A DNA stretch of 63,612 nt, the filler included. It is 6 parts of 6 records of this genome, joined end to end, with 100 filler letters (N's around TTAATTAATTAA, not from the genome) between each part and the next. Parts side by side here need not be neighbours in the genome. Positions count along the whole stretch, not along the records: positions 19,912 to 32,927 come from SRR31156797_52368; positions 33,028 to 38,071 come from SRR31156797_52400; positions 38,172 to 44,419 come from SRR31156797_52405; 3 more parts are not named here. One strand, written 5' to 3'. The notes under the pieces were generated by a model, which was given only the letters and a program-made list of their open reading frames with translations, ran no database searches and was not told the DNA's origin. The position numbers and the translations under genes are program-made. Positions 30,522 through 40,112 of this stretch are shown here, one piece after another. Position 1 is the stretch's first letter; each line of letters opens with the position of its first letter.

Positions 30522-31931
30522 ATGATCACCAACAAAACATATGATGAAATCAGCGTGGGTGACAGCGCCGCCATGGAGCGCACCCTGACCAAAAAGGATA
30601 TCGATCTTTTCGGGGTGCTCAGCGGCGACCTGAATCCCACCCACTTCAGCGACGCCTACGCCGAAATGCTCCTGGAACGGCAGAAGGTGGTGGGGCACAG
30701 CATGTGGGGCGGGGCCCTGGTATCCAGCCTCCTGGGCAACGACCTGCCCGGGCCGGGAACGGTCTACGAGTCCCAGAGTTTCACCTTCCACGGCGCCGTG
30801 GAACTGGGGGACACCGTGACCGTCACCGTCACGGTCCGGGAAAAAATACCCCAAGGGCCCGGGGTCCTGTTGGACTGCCGGGTGGTCAACCAGCGCGGCG
30901 AAGATATCATCACCGGAACGGCCCGGGTCAGGCCCCCGGTGAAAAAACCCGTGGAGGCCGAATCTCCCTGGATCGACATGGAATATCACCGGAAGGAGAT
31001 CTTTGCCCAGTTTATCGAAAAGGTGGTCAAACTGCCGCCCATCTCGGTGGCGGTCTGCCATCCCTGCAGCGAGGATGCCCTGCTGGGGCCCCTTTCGGCG
31101 GCCCAGGCGCAGATCATCGACCCGATCCTCGTGGGGCCGGCACAACGAATCCGTGCCCTTGCGGAAAAGCTGTCCGTGGACATCGACGCCTTCCGCATGG
31201 TGGACACCCGGCACAGCCATGAATCCGCGTCCCGTGCCGTTGCCCTTTGCCGCAGCGGGGAGGCGGAGACCCTCATGAAGGGCAGCCTCCATACGGACGA
31301 GTTCATGCGCGCGGTGGCCAAAAAGGATACGGGCCTTCGCACCGACCAGCGCATCAGCCACGTTTTCATCATGGAGGTTCCCACCTACCCCCGGCCCCTG
31401 TTCATAACCGACGCCGCCATCAACATCTACCCCACCCTGGAGGACAAGGTATCCATCCTCAAAAACGCCATCGGCCTGGCCCAGGCCCTGGGGATCCACA
31501 CCCCCAAGGTGGCGATCCTCTCAGCGGTGGAAAGCGTCAACCCCCGGATCGCCTCCACCCTGGAGGCCGCGGCCCTCTGCAAAATGGTGGACCGGGGCCA
31601 GATCACCGGGGCCGTGGTGGACGGTCCCCTGGCCTTTGATAACGCCATCAGCGGGGAAGCGGCCCGGATCAAGGGGATCGTCTCCCCGGTGGCCGGGGAG
31701 GCCGACATCTTCCTCGTTCCGGACCTCGAGGCCGGCAACATGCTGGCCAAGCAGCTCACCTACCTTGTGAAGGCCGACTCGGCCGGCGTGGTCATGGGGG
31801 CGCGGGTTCCCATCATCCTCACCAGCCGGGCAGACAGCGCACAGGCCCGCCTGGCCTCCTGCGCGGTGGCGGCGGCCTTTGCCCATTCCAGGCAGAAGGG
31901 CAATCCGGCCCGGGAGGAGATCCAGTTATGA
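30522..31931 (+). CDS. Bifunctional MaoC-type (R)-enoyl-CoA hydratase / phosphate acetyl(butyryl)transferase
   Basis: SGDLNPTH, LPGPGT (MaoC); LMKGSLHT, TDAAINIYP, DGPLAFDNA, TSRAD (PTA/PTB); ATG 30522 after GAGGAG. Confidence 0.9.
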   Translation: MITNKTYDEISVGDSAAMERTLTKKDIDLFGVLSGDLNPTHFSDAYAEMLLERQKVVGHSMWGGALVSSLLGNDLPGPGTVYESQSFTFHGAVELGDTVTVTVTVREKIPQGPGVLLDCRVVNQRGEDIITGTARVRPPVKKPVEAESPWIDMEYHRKEIFAQFIEKVVKLPPISVAVCHPCSEDALLGPLSAAQAQIIDPILVGPAQRIRALAEKLSVDIDAFRMVDTRHSHESASRAVALCRSGEAETLMKGSLHTDEFMRAVAKKDTGLRTDQRISHVFIMEVPTYPRPLFITDAAINIYPTLEDKVSILKNAIGLAQALGIHTPKVAILSAVESVNPRIASTLEAAALCKMVDRGQITGAVVDGPLAFDNAISGEAARIKGIVSPVAGEADIFLVPDLEAGNMLAKQLTYLVKADSAGVVMGARVPIILTSRADSAQARLASCAVAAAFAHSRQKGNPAREEIQL

Positions 31932-32927
31932 AGGACGCGATTGCCGTTATCAACGGCGGCTCATCGAGCATCAAGTTTTCCCTGTATGAAATCGGCAAAG
32001 ACCGGCACCTCGAATCCTGCTGCAGTGGGCACATCGAGGGGATCGGCGTCGACCCCAACTTTACGGCCAAGTCAGGAGACGGAAAGGTGATGGGGAAAAA
32101 ACGCTGGAAAAACCATCCGGACGTGAACCACAGGTTTCTCCTCTCCTATCTGATCGAGTGGACCAGTGAAAACCTCAAAGATCTTCAGGTAAAGGCGGTG
32201 GGACACCGGGTGGTTCACGGAGGCGCCCATTACAGGGAACCGGTCCGGGTGGACGAAAAGGTCATCGAACACCTGGAAGCCCTTGCCCCCCTTGCGCCCC
32301 TGCACCAGCCCCACAACCTCGCCCCCATTTCCGCCATCGCGGGTCTGGTGCCCAATATTCCCCAGGTGGCCTGCTTCGACACCGCCTTTCACAGCACCCA
32401 CACCGGGCCGGAGTGTTTCTTTCCCCTGCCCCGGGAACTTACGGCCCAGGGCGTGCGCCGCTACGGTTTCCACGGCTTGTCCTACGAATATATCGCAAGC
32501 AGCCTGCCCGACTATGACAAAAAGGCGGCCGCGGGCAGGACAGTGGTGCTGCACCTGGGAAGCGGAGCCAGCATGTGCGCCCTCAAGGCGGGAAAAAGCA
32601 TCGCCTCCACCATGGGATTTTCCGCATCCGACGGCCTGCCCATGGGCACCCGCACCGGCGCCATGGATCCCGGTGTCCTCCTCTACCTGATGCAGGAAAA
32701 GAAGATGGGGCCCCGGGAGATGGAAACCTTGCTCTACAGGGAGTCGGGCCTTCTGGGGGTGTCGGGCATCAGCAACGACATGCGGGTCCTGCTCAAGAAC
32801 CGGTCCCCCAAGGCAATGGAGGCCGTGGATCTTTTCGTGTACCGCATCCGAAAGGAGCTGGGGGGATTTGCTTCGGTTCTGGAAGGGCTGGACGCCGTGG
32901 TGTTCACCGCCGGCATCGGCGAAAATT
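31928..32927 (+). CDS. ackA: Acetate/propionate-family kinase, 3'-truncated
   Basis: INGGSSSIKF, GHRVVHGG, FDTAFH, RRYGFHGLSY, FTAGIGEN. Confidence 0.92.
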
Positions 32928-33027
32928 NNNNNNNNNNNNNNNNNNNNNNNNNNNNNNNNNNNNNNNNNNNNTTAATTAATTAANNNNNNNNNNNNNNNNN
33001 NNNNNNNNNNNNNNNNNNNNNNNNNNN
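32928..33027. other. Artificial contig linker
   Basis: N-run + TTAATTAATTAA + N-run. Confidence 0.98.
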
Positions 33028-33051
33028 GTTCGAATCTCCCCTTCGGCACCA
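33028..33051 (+). tRNA. 3' end of a tRNA (T-loop, acceptor stem, CCA), probably tRNA-Leu; partial
   Basis: GTTCGAATCTCCC-CTTCGGC-A-CCA; acceptor implies a 5' end GCCGAAG; anticodon not visible. Confidence 0.8.
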
Positions 33052-33063
33052 CCTCAATTCAAG

Positions 33064-33095
33064 ATCCCGGAAGGAAAGCCTTCCCGGGATTTTTT
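33064..33095 (+). terminator. Intrinsic terminator after the tRNA
   Basis: ATCCCGGAAGG-aaag-CCTTCCCGGGAT followed by a T-tract. Confidence 0.8.
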
Positions 33096-33255
33096 GGTTG
33101 TGGAATCCTTCTTAAAATCCCCATTGCACAAAATCCAGTTATAGCCAGTGCTGCACCGCTTATGCCTTGGTGAGCCTAAAAACCTTTAAATGCAGGCTTC
33201 TTCCCCTATTATAGTAGTACCTCCTGCAGTCCGAAATATTGTCGATGTACGTGAA

Positions 33256-36200
33256 TTAATTTTTATCGGCCTGGCGTGAAATTATAATTTCATCTGAATC
33301 TTTTTTAAAATCAAACAATCCGGGTTGTTGAACATTTAATTGTTTGCGCTGGGTTTTGTCAGATCCCAGATAAAGAATTTTTCCCCGATCCATTGGCTGG
33401 ACATTACCGGATCTGATTTCATTATATAAAATCGGAACCCTGTTCATTCCATAGGAAAGCATTTCTTTTACCGAAATTGCCTGATCTTTGGGGCGCAGGT
33501 CTGCGGCAAAGGCCTGAACCCCTTCCCGGATCAGGGCATAGGTTAATGCGCCATGCTGTAATTGGTCGCTTTCCAGGGCCACCATTTCCGCCTGGCTTGC
33601 TGTCAGGATTCGCATCCCCTTATCATAAGCCAGTTGACCAAGCCCCCGGCTGCCCATGGGTCCGGGCTTGAACCCTTGACTTTGAATGCTGGCGGCAGAG
33701 TTGCAGGCATCAATGATAAAAACAACTTCCCCTGCGTCCACCCCCCGCAACCAGGAGTAAAGATCGTCGGTTGTAATGGTATTAGCAAGTAAATCAGGGG
33801 TAATTTTTCTGGTGGTATGGGAACCGATATCAGAAGGAAACAGGTGAAATTTTCCATTTTGGTCTGCATACCCGTGCCCGGAGTAACTGATTAAAACAAA
33901 ATCCCAGGGTCCTGCAGGTTTAAGGTCTTTTGTGCCCGGGATCGGGGCAATCTCTTTTTTTGTTCCGGAATCAGAGCCAAGCATCTTGAGTATGGCACGG
34001 ATATTCTTTTTGGACGCTTTTATTTGATCGAGTTGCTCCTTGTTGTCGGATATCAGTTTGACAGGGATGACAGAGTCAAAATTTTTTGTTGCCAAAAGGC
34101 TGCTTACCATCTGACGGCTCATCACCTTGGCATCATTGACAGCGTGTCTTAGATCCCATGCCGGGGTTTGGTAGCTGTTTACACCCATGGAAATGACATA
34201 GGCCCTGGGCTTTTCTTTTTTGGATACCTTAAGCGGTTTGTAATATTTGCGGGCGGTTTCGCTTTTAATACCATCCCGGTTAAATGCATATGCAGTGAAC
34301 AAAATGTGTTTGTCTTTGTCTTTAACCGGAAGGGGGATTGAATCAAATACCACTGTTCCGGTTCCGGATTTTTTGTTAAAAATAACCTGCCCACCGTCAC
34401 GGGGAGACATTCCAACCATTTTGCCGTTCCTAAAGAGCTTGACATCAAATATTCCGCTGTCCTGAACAGCTGTTTTCCGGTTTTTGGTTTGTTTGCCGTG
34501 TATATTTTTTACGGTCAGGGTGACCTTTGCCCTTCCAGGTGTTTGAGGTTGTTCTTCCACGCTCTCAATTTTGATCAAAGGCTGTATTCGATTTACCTGT
34601 GTCGGCAGTTTGACCGGTGAAAATTTTTCTTTGGCTAACAGGCGGGCGAGGAGTCTGGGCTCATAATACTCTTTATAAAAAATTTCAACCGGATACGGGG
34701 TAAGCGGCTCATCAGACAGGACCCAGGATAAACCGGGAATATCCCCGGGCAAACTTGCGTCGTACCGGCCATCGCCTGCAACCACGGCCCAACTGCCGTC
34801 TAAGAATTCTACGAGCCTGGCCAGGGGAGTGTTGTTTTTTAAATCCATCAGCAAGATACTTCCATCGTCATTCATGACGGCTAAACGGGTTTGATCCTTG
34901 TTGATTGCCAGATGGTTGGGGGATACAAAGAGCTTTACGACCCTGGGTGTGTTCTTGCTGCTGGGTTGGATTTGAATTAATTCTTTGGATTTAGATGCAA
35001 TCCAAAGGGTGCCGCCTTTGTCTTCTATGGCGTAAACCGGCTGAACATTATCGATAATTGTCTGGTAGACAATCTCTTGTGAGGATATATCAATAACAGA
35101 CAAGGTGCCGTCCCATTGGGATTTCACCAGGTAATTTGCACAATGTCCATTTAACGCTGGGATATAACTTTCTCCTTCACTCTTCAAGACAGGATTTATC
35201 TCAATTTGAGTGCCGGTCTCAGCCCCAAGCAAGGATATTTGTCCAAACATGCCGGATAACATGCCCAATGCCAGAATATGTTTCCCGTCAGAAGTGAACA
35301 ACAAGGCTTTTGCATCAAAATCAAGAGCAGTGCGCCATAGCTCCCGGTTGCTGCCAATATCAAAGGCCACTATTTCATCGTGCTTGTTTTTCATAGCAAC
35401 AATATTGCTGTCAGGAGAAAAGGCATGGCAAACACCGACCTCGAGTTCTTCGGTGGTCTTAAGCACGGCTTTTCCCTTGGATATGCCATATAGTTGCTGG
35501 AGATGTTCTTCAAAGATGCATAAGTAACTGCCGTCTGGAGAAAATCCAAGTTTCTGGATGTAGTTGATTACACCTTCTGCTGTTACCGGGTGCTTGACCC
35601 AGGTGGGGACTGTGATCGCTTTTACGGCACCGGACCCCGGTGACCAGAATTGGACTATTTGTTGATTTTGTACGGCGTTATTGCCTGGGACAAGAAGTAA
35701 ACCAAGTCTTTTCGGATGGCTTTGAAAGAGGCTTGATTTTTGGGAAAGCTGTCTGGTTTCGATCCCGCCGTTATCAAAGTCCCAGATGGAAAAGGCGCCT
35801 GGGCGTGATACAATCAGGGCACGGTCTTCCGGGCTGAATCGAACTTGTCCACCGGTTACACTGTGGGACACAAAACTCGGCCTTTTGGTGGCATTACCCG
35901 GCTCAATGATGCGTATGAACGGCTGCTCTAATGCGCACCTTTGGAATAAAGTTTTACCGTCAGGTGATATTAACAGCTCCTGGGTCCAATCAATGGAGTC
36001 TTTTTGTTTCCATGGCCCATAGGTTATCTGGTCCTCTTTTTTACTAAAGTCGATAACAGCAATATCCCGATCAGCGCCTGCAGCTATAATAATGGATTCA
36101 GGGCCATGGACGGCTATAGTTCGGATGTATTGAAGACGGGTTTTAAAGTGTCCTGCAATTTTGTGATCCCGGATATTGTAAAGGACAATGTCAGTAGAGG

Positions 36201-37917
36201 TGGCCGTGACTAGGAAACGATTGTCCACACTGAATGCATGGGCCCTTATCTCTCCTCCCGGGCCGGGCATTTTAGCTGTAATTTGTCCGGTTTCAGTATC
36301 CACCAGAACAATGTTTTCCTTGTCCCGGGTACCAACGGCTATTTGACCATTGGGTGAGATTTCCATTGGCAGGTCAAGTTTCATTCCATCTTCTGCATGG
36401 ATGTGTTTGGCAACGGTTTCACCCTGGAGATCGCCGTGAACAATGAAAGCCGCGCTCATGTTTGGTGATATGGTGACATAATGGTTTGTTCCGGGGATTA
36501 TGACAGCTTTTTCCCCAAACGTGGCCCATCCTTCACCCTGGATCATCCTGGCCGGTGCATCGGTGAGGGACCATAAAAAGGTCCCATTCTGGGTCAGGAT
36601 AAGCAGTTCCGGGCGGCTGGGGTTAAATGCCAATGCCTTGATTTGCACCTGATCGAGCTGTTTGACGGACAGGTCTAATTTTCGGATGGCCCTGCCTTTT
36701 TGGGTTTGCCATAGCCAAATGGTGCCATTGGTATCAGCTGTGGCTAAAATTTGCCCGTCCCCGGATACGGCCATGGCTTTGACCGGAGAACTGTGACCGG
36801 TCTGGATAACCAGGCGTTGACTAACCGCTTCCTTTGAGGAAACCTTCTCAGTTGCCTGGGGGCTTTTACTGAAGATTTGGGTGTTATATCGGCCATTATT
36901 TTTTGAAGTAATGGCAATTAAATTTGCATCCAAAGAAAACACACCTGCGTGGGGAGTGCCAGGAGTGGTTATGGTCTGCACGGCTGGTTTTTGATTTGGG
37001 CTCCATATGCTTGTGAATCCGTTAACCGAAAACAACATGGCCTCTTGTCCGTCCCCTGAAGCAGATATTGCCTTGAGCCCCTTAACATCAACCTGACTTT
37101 GTATCTCTCCGGTTTTAGATTGTATCTGCAAAACTTTGAATGAAGTCTTGTTCACTTTGCCCTTATGCTTTGTTGTTTCTTTTTGATCAGAGTACCCTAC
37201 AAACAAATATGCACCGTCCCTGGAAAGAGTTGCATGGGAGATACTGGCTGTTAAAGGTAAATCAAGATTCCATTGGAGGTGCTTTTTTTTAATATCAAAA
37301 GCGACTATCCCGGTTGTGTGCCCTATGATGATCACGCCCTGGTCTGAAATCGCCAGGGGGGTTGTATAGAAGTAGCTGTCCGGGTCATGACTGATAAATT
37401 CAGCAGGTAGTAACTGATGCTTTGATTTTCCATTGATCTGCTGAACAAAAATCTTTTCGCTGAAGGGTTCGGAGCAGGCAAGCATTTTGCCTGCCGGTGA
37501 GCACAGATAAGTATTAAATCCATTTTCTATTGGCAAAGGTACATTTGGGAGGGGATGATTTAAGTTTTCAGATTCAAGGTTGACAATTTGAATTTCCTGT
37601 TCGCGAAAAAGAACGGCCCTGCCATATTCCGGATGGAGAAAAACTTTGGTGTTCATTGGTGATTTCTGCACAACCCGGCGAATGATTTTCCGGCTGCTTT
37701 GAATATCAAATGCTTCAAAAGCAATAGCATCCAAACCGTATCTTGCGGCAATATATAAGTGGTTGCCCTGCTTATTGAATGCAGGCTTGCTGCAAGGGTA
37801 ATCATGTGCAATGACAGACATAGGTTGGGTGCTGAACGGGTTTGCACTTATACTTAAGGGGGCCATCAACAACACAACCATTACCCAGGATATTATCTGA
37901 ACGTTTTTTACTATCAT
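33256..37917 (-). CDS. Secreted WD40-repeat protein with C-terminal caspase (peptidase C14) domain
   Basis: Signal peptide; WD40 GHSSPVKAMAVSGDGQILATADTNGTIWLW and many FSPD repeats; GVNSY..LRHAVNDA, YSGHG, IIDACNS, HGALTYAL. Confidence 0.88.
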   Translation of the reverse strand: MIVKNVQIISWVMVVLLMAPLSISANPFSTQPMSVIAHDYPCSKPAFNKQGNHLYIAARYGLDAIAFEAFDIQSSRKIIRRVVQKSPMNTKVFLHPEYGRAVLFREQEIQIVNLESENLNHPLPNVPLPIENGFNTYLCSPAGKMLACSEPFSEKIFVQQINGKSKHQLLPAEFISHDPDSYFYTTPLAISDQGVIIIGHTTGIVAFDIKKKHLQWNLDLPLTASISHATLSRDGAYLFVGYSDQKETTKHKGKVNKTSFKVLQIQSKTGEIQSQVDVKGLKAISASGDGQEAMLFSVNGFTSIWSPNQKPAVQTITTPGTPHAGVFSLDANLIAITSKNNGRYNTQIFSKSPQATEKVSSKEAVSQRLVIQTGHSSPVKAMAVSGDGQILATADTNGTIWLWQTQKGRAIRKLDLSVKQLDQVQIKALAFNPSRPELLILTQNGTFLWSLTDAPARMIQGEGWATFGEKAVIIPGTNHYVTISPNMSAAFIVHGDLQGETVAKHIHAEDGMKLDLPMEISPNGQIAVGTRDKENIVLVDTETGQITAKMPGPGGEIRAHAFSVDNRFLVTATSTDIVLYNIRDHKIAGHFKTRLQYIRTIAVHGPESIIIAAGADRDIAVIDFSKKEDQITYGPWKQKDSIDWTQELLISPDGKTLFQRCALEQPFIRIIEPGNATKRPSFVSHSVTGGQVRFSPEDRALIVSRPGAFSIWDFDNGGIETRQLSQKSSLFQSHPKRLGLLLVPGNNAVQNQQIVQFWSPGSGAVKAITVPTWVKHPVTAEGVINYIQKLGFSPDGSYLCIFEEHLQQLYGISKGKAVLKTTEELEVGVCHAFSPDSNIVAMKNKHDEIVAFDIGSNRELWRTALDFDAKALLFTSDGKHILALGMLSGMFGQISLLGAETGTQIEINPVLKSEGESYIPALNGHCANYLVKSQWDGTLSVIDISSQEIVYQTIIDNVQPVYAIEDKGGTLWIASKSKELIQIQPSSKNTPRVVKLFVSPNHLAINKDQTRLAVMNDDGSILLMDLKNNTPLARLVEFLDGSWAVVAGDGRYDASLPGDIPGLSWVLSDEPLTPYPVEIFYKEYYEPRLLARLLAKEKFSPVKLPTQVNRIQPLIKIESVEEQPQTPGRAKVTLTVKNIHGKQTKNRKTAVQDSGIFDVKLFRNGKMVGMSPRDGGQVIFNKKSGTGTVVFDSIPLPVKDKDKHILFTAYAFNRDGIKSETARKYYKPLKVSKKEKPRAYVISMGVNSYQTPAWDLRHAVNDAKVMSRQMVSSLLATKNFDSVIPVKLISDNKEQLDQIKASKKNIRAILKMLGSDSGTKKEIAPIPGTKDLKPAGPWDFVLISYSGHGYADQNGKFHLFPSDIGSHTTRKITPDLLANTITTDDLYSWLRGVDAGEVVFIIDACNSAASIQSQGFKPGPMGSRGLGQLAYDKGMRILTASQAEMVALESDQLQHGALTYALIREGVQAFAADLRPKDQAISVKEMLSYGMNRVPILYNEIRSGNVQPMDRGKILYLGSDKTQRKQLNVQQPGLFDFKKDSDEIIISRQADKN

Positions 37918-38071
37918 GCCGGCTCCTTGGAATTAAGAAAAGGCCATCGAAGTATCGCTTGACAGCCTGTCGATACGGTGAACTCTATCAATTATTGCAA
38001 AATAATAAAGAAAAATGTAGTTTGATTCAATTCGTTCTACTTTTTTATATGAAAGTTCCAATAAGTTACTG

Positions 38072-38171
38072 NNNNNNNNNNNNNNNNNNNNNNNNNNNNN
38101 NNNNNNNNNNNNNNNTTAATTAATTAANNNNNNNNNNNNNNNNNNNNNNNNNNNNNNNNNNNNNNNNNNNN
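38072..38171. other. Artificial contig linker
   Basis: N-run + TTAATTAATTAA + N-run. Confidence 0.98.
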
Positions 38172-38396
38172 AAGTAACTTATCGATGTGAAAGGGTTTGT
38201 AGCGAGGGTTTCGATTCCACAGGGTATGGTGATGAGCACGCTGAACGGCTGAGATAGTATCTATCTGGACGTAGCCAAGATGTTCAATAGCTGACAGTGT
38301 GGCTGCAATTGCACTACCACTTTGCTTTGCCGGAGGTAATCTCTGTGAAAGCAGCACCAGTTTTCTGGCTTGTTGAATGGAAAGCGATTTTGTCAT
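38172..38396 (-). CDS. YcaQ/AlkZ-family (HTH_42) crosslink-repair DNA glycosylase, 3'-truncated
   Basis: LSIQQARKLVL..Q; LGYVQIDTISAVQRAHH..LWNR (QxD motif). Confidence 0.8.
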
Positions 38397-38422
38397 TTTG
38401 TTATTGGAATAAAAATTGTTGA

Positions 38423-38833
38423 TCAGGATTGCACAATCTCTTTTGCAAAAATAGCAGCATCTTGAATATCTTCCTCGTCTGGTTTTCCTATGTTCCTCTT
38501 GCCATAAGAACCCAGACAATGGTATTCTTTATCGGATATTTTTATTCCTTTGTCATCTGCAAGCTTTTTTACTCGTTCGTATGTAGATTTAGACGATGCA
38601 GAAGTACTGAAATTGACAAGTGTTCCAATAGAGCAGTCAATTGAAGCTATGAATTTTTTAACATCAGCTGCAACTCCAGATGCATAGACCGAACTTCCCA
38701 GAAAAAGAATATCCACATTCTCATTAATTGGCTGAGTGACTGGCAACGCCTCTACCCCAACTGCTTCCGCAATCGCATCTGCAAGTTTTTTCGTGTTTCC
38801 TGATCTGGTATAGTATCTGACGGCTATTTTCAT
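38423..38833 (-). CDS. Flavodoxin-family protein
   Basis: YYTRSGNTKKLADAIA, LFLGSSVY, C-terminal GKPDEEDI. Confidence 0.85.
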   Translation of the reverse strand: MKIAVRYYTRSGNTKKLADAIAEAVGVEALPVTQPINENVDILFLGSSVYASGVAADVKKFIASIDCSIGTLVNFSTSASSKSTYERVKKLADDKGIKISDKEYHCLGSYGKRNIGKPDEEDIQDAAIFAKEIVQS

Positions 38834-39285
38834 GTCCGTTCTCCTTTGTTCTTTATATCCATGCCTTTTTTTATTGCTTCACTGAAGACTTTAGTACAGC
38901 GTTTTCCGGTAGGATTTTTGGCCTTGCATCGTATTCTGGCCTTTCCGTTGATCGAGACAATGACATCCCTCATGTTGCAAAGGCCCTGATTGACCACTGC
39001 ATCAATTACCTGTTCTTCAGTTATGTTGTTACAATAGCATGCGTATTTTGGATCAGCATCTTTCTTGAACCAGATCGGAATTTTGATGTCTTCAAGATTA
39101 AATTTGGTACCTGATTCAGTGTAGTATGCTACTTCGCATTCCTCACTCATGCAAATCCAATGATCATCCTCAGTCAACTCATCCACAAACTCTTCTTTTA
39201 CCATTTGTTCTACTGTCAAATTCTCAACAGGAATTCCTGTTTTTCTACAGATTGGACAAAGTACTTCCTTTGCTTTATCGGCCAT
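38830..39285 (-). CDS. CopZ N-terminal-like Zn/[2Fe-2S] protein
   Basis: CPIC, CMSEEC, ACYC, CKAKNPTGKRC; ATGA overlap with the flavodoxin gene. Confidence 0.75.
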   Translation of the reverse strand: MADKAKEVLCPICRKTGIPVENLTVEQMVKEEFVDELTEDDHWICMSEECEVAYYTESGTKFNLEDIKIPIWFKKDADPKYACYCNNITEEQVIDAVVNQGLCNMRDVIVSINGKARIRCKAKNPTGKRCTKVFSEAIKKGMDIKNKGERT

Positions 39286-39451
39286 TTTAGCACTCCCTAC
39301 AACAGATTCCAAATAAGTTACTTGACACACTCATATGATATTTCTTCCCCTGCTTCCTTCAATCCTTATTGTTGTGTATTTTCGCAAATACAGTTTCTGG
39401 CGGGGGAGTTACACACTACTTGAAATGGATTAGTGTCTGGGTATCAAGGAA

Positions 39452-39605
39452 TTCTACAGAGCCTAAACAAAACACAATCATCCCCTTTGTGTTTTCGGTG
39501 GCAAATAATACTCAGGAGATGATCCTTTTTAAATTATTACGTTAAAATAAAATGTGAAGTAGGTTTTCTACAGAGCCGAAAATACATTGCTAAGGCTCTT
39601 TGCAG
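39452..39605. mobile_element. Remnant IS/MITE terminal-repeat-like sequences
   Basis: TTCTACAGAGCC at 39452 and 39566; inverted degenerate copy GGCTCTTTGCAG at 39594. Confidence 0.4.
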
Positions 39606-39704
39606 TATAATTTATAATTAAAAACAAAATTCAATAGAAAAGTAAAGATGGAAAACCAATGTTTTGGTTTTCACACATATTTAGTTAATTGTTAGTTGAA
39701 AGAA

Positions 39705-39908
39705 TTAAGCTAATTCGCCAAATGCGAACTTGCGCATTACTTTTGTAACTTTAATTGTAACTTCGTCGCCAACTGAAGTGTCTGGCACAAAGATAACAAA
39801 TCCGCTTACTCTTGCGATTCCGTCGCCTTCTCTTGCAAGGTCTTCAATTGTCACATCATAACTTTCTCCAGCTTCTACTGGAGCATTTGAATCTGTATTG
39901 TTAAACAA
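39705..39908 (-). CDS. Single TRAM-domain RNA-binding protein (archaeal cold-shock type)
   Basis: APVEAGESYDVTIEDLAREGDGIARVSGFVIFVP; TTG start after SD-like GGACGTGA. Confidence 0.92.
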   Translation of the reverse strand: MFNNTDSNAPVEAGESYDVTIEDLAREGDGIARVSGFVIFVPDTSVGDEVTIKVTKVMRKFAFGELA

Positions 39909-40112
39909 ATATTTCACGTCCTTTAAGTATTAGCTTAAAAAGAATACAACCATTTGGTCAAGATACGAAAAAACAGTAAACGTGATTAAGGTAATACCAT
40001 CCAGACATATAATTATCAAAGTAGTTTAAGCCTCTAAAAGCAACCCTACTAAGCAAGGATACTATATAAATCTATTTGTGTATGTTCGTGTGCGCCCGAA
40101 CTAACTTTACTA

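Noticed and set aside
28757-30640. 627-aa minus-strand ORF
   Set aside because: Antisense shadow of the GC-rich DUF3141 gene; no motifs.
5667-37917. Two caspase-fold proteins as one system
   Set aside because: They lie on different contigs separated by linkers; no evidence they share a genome.
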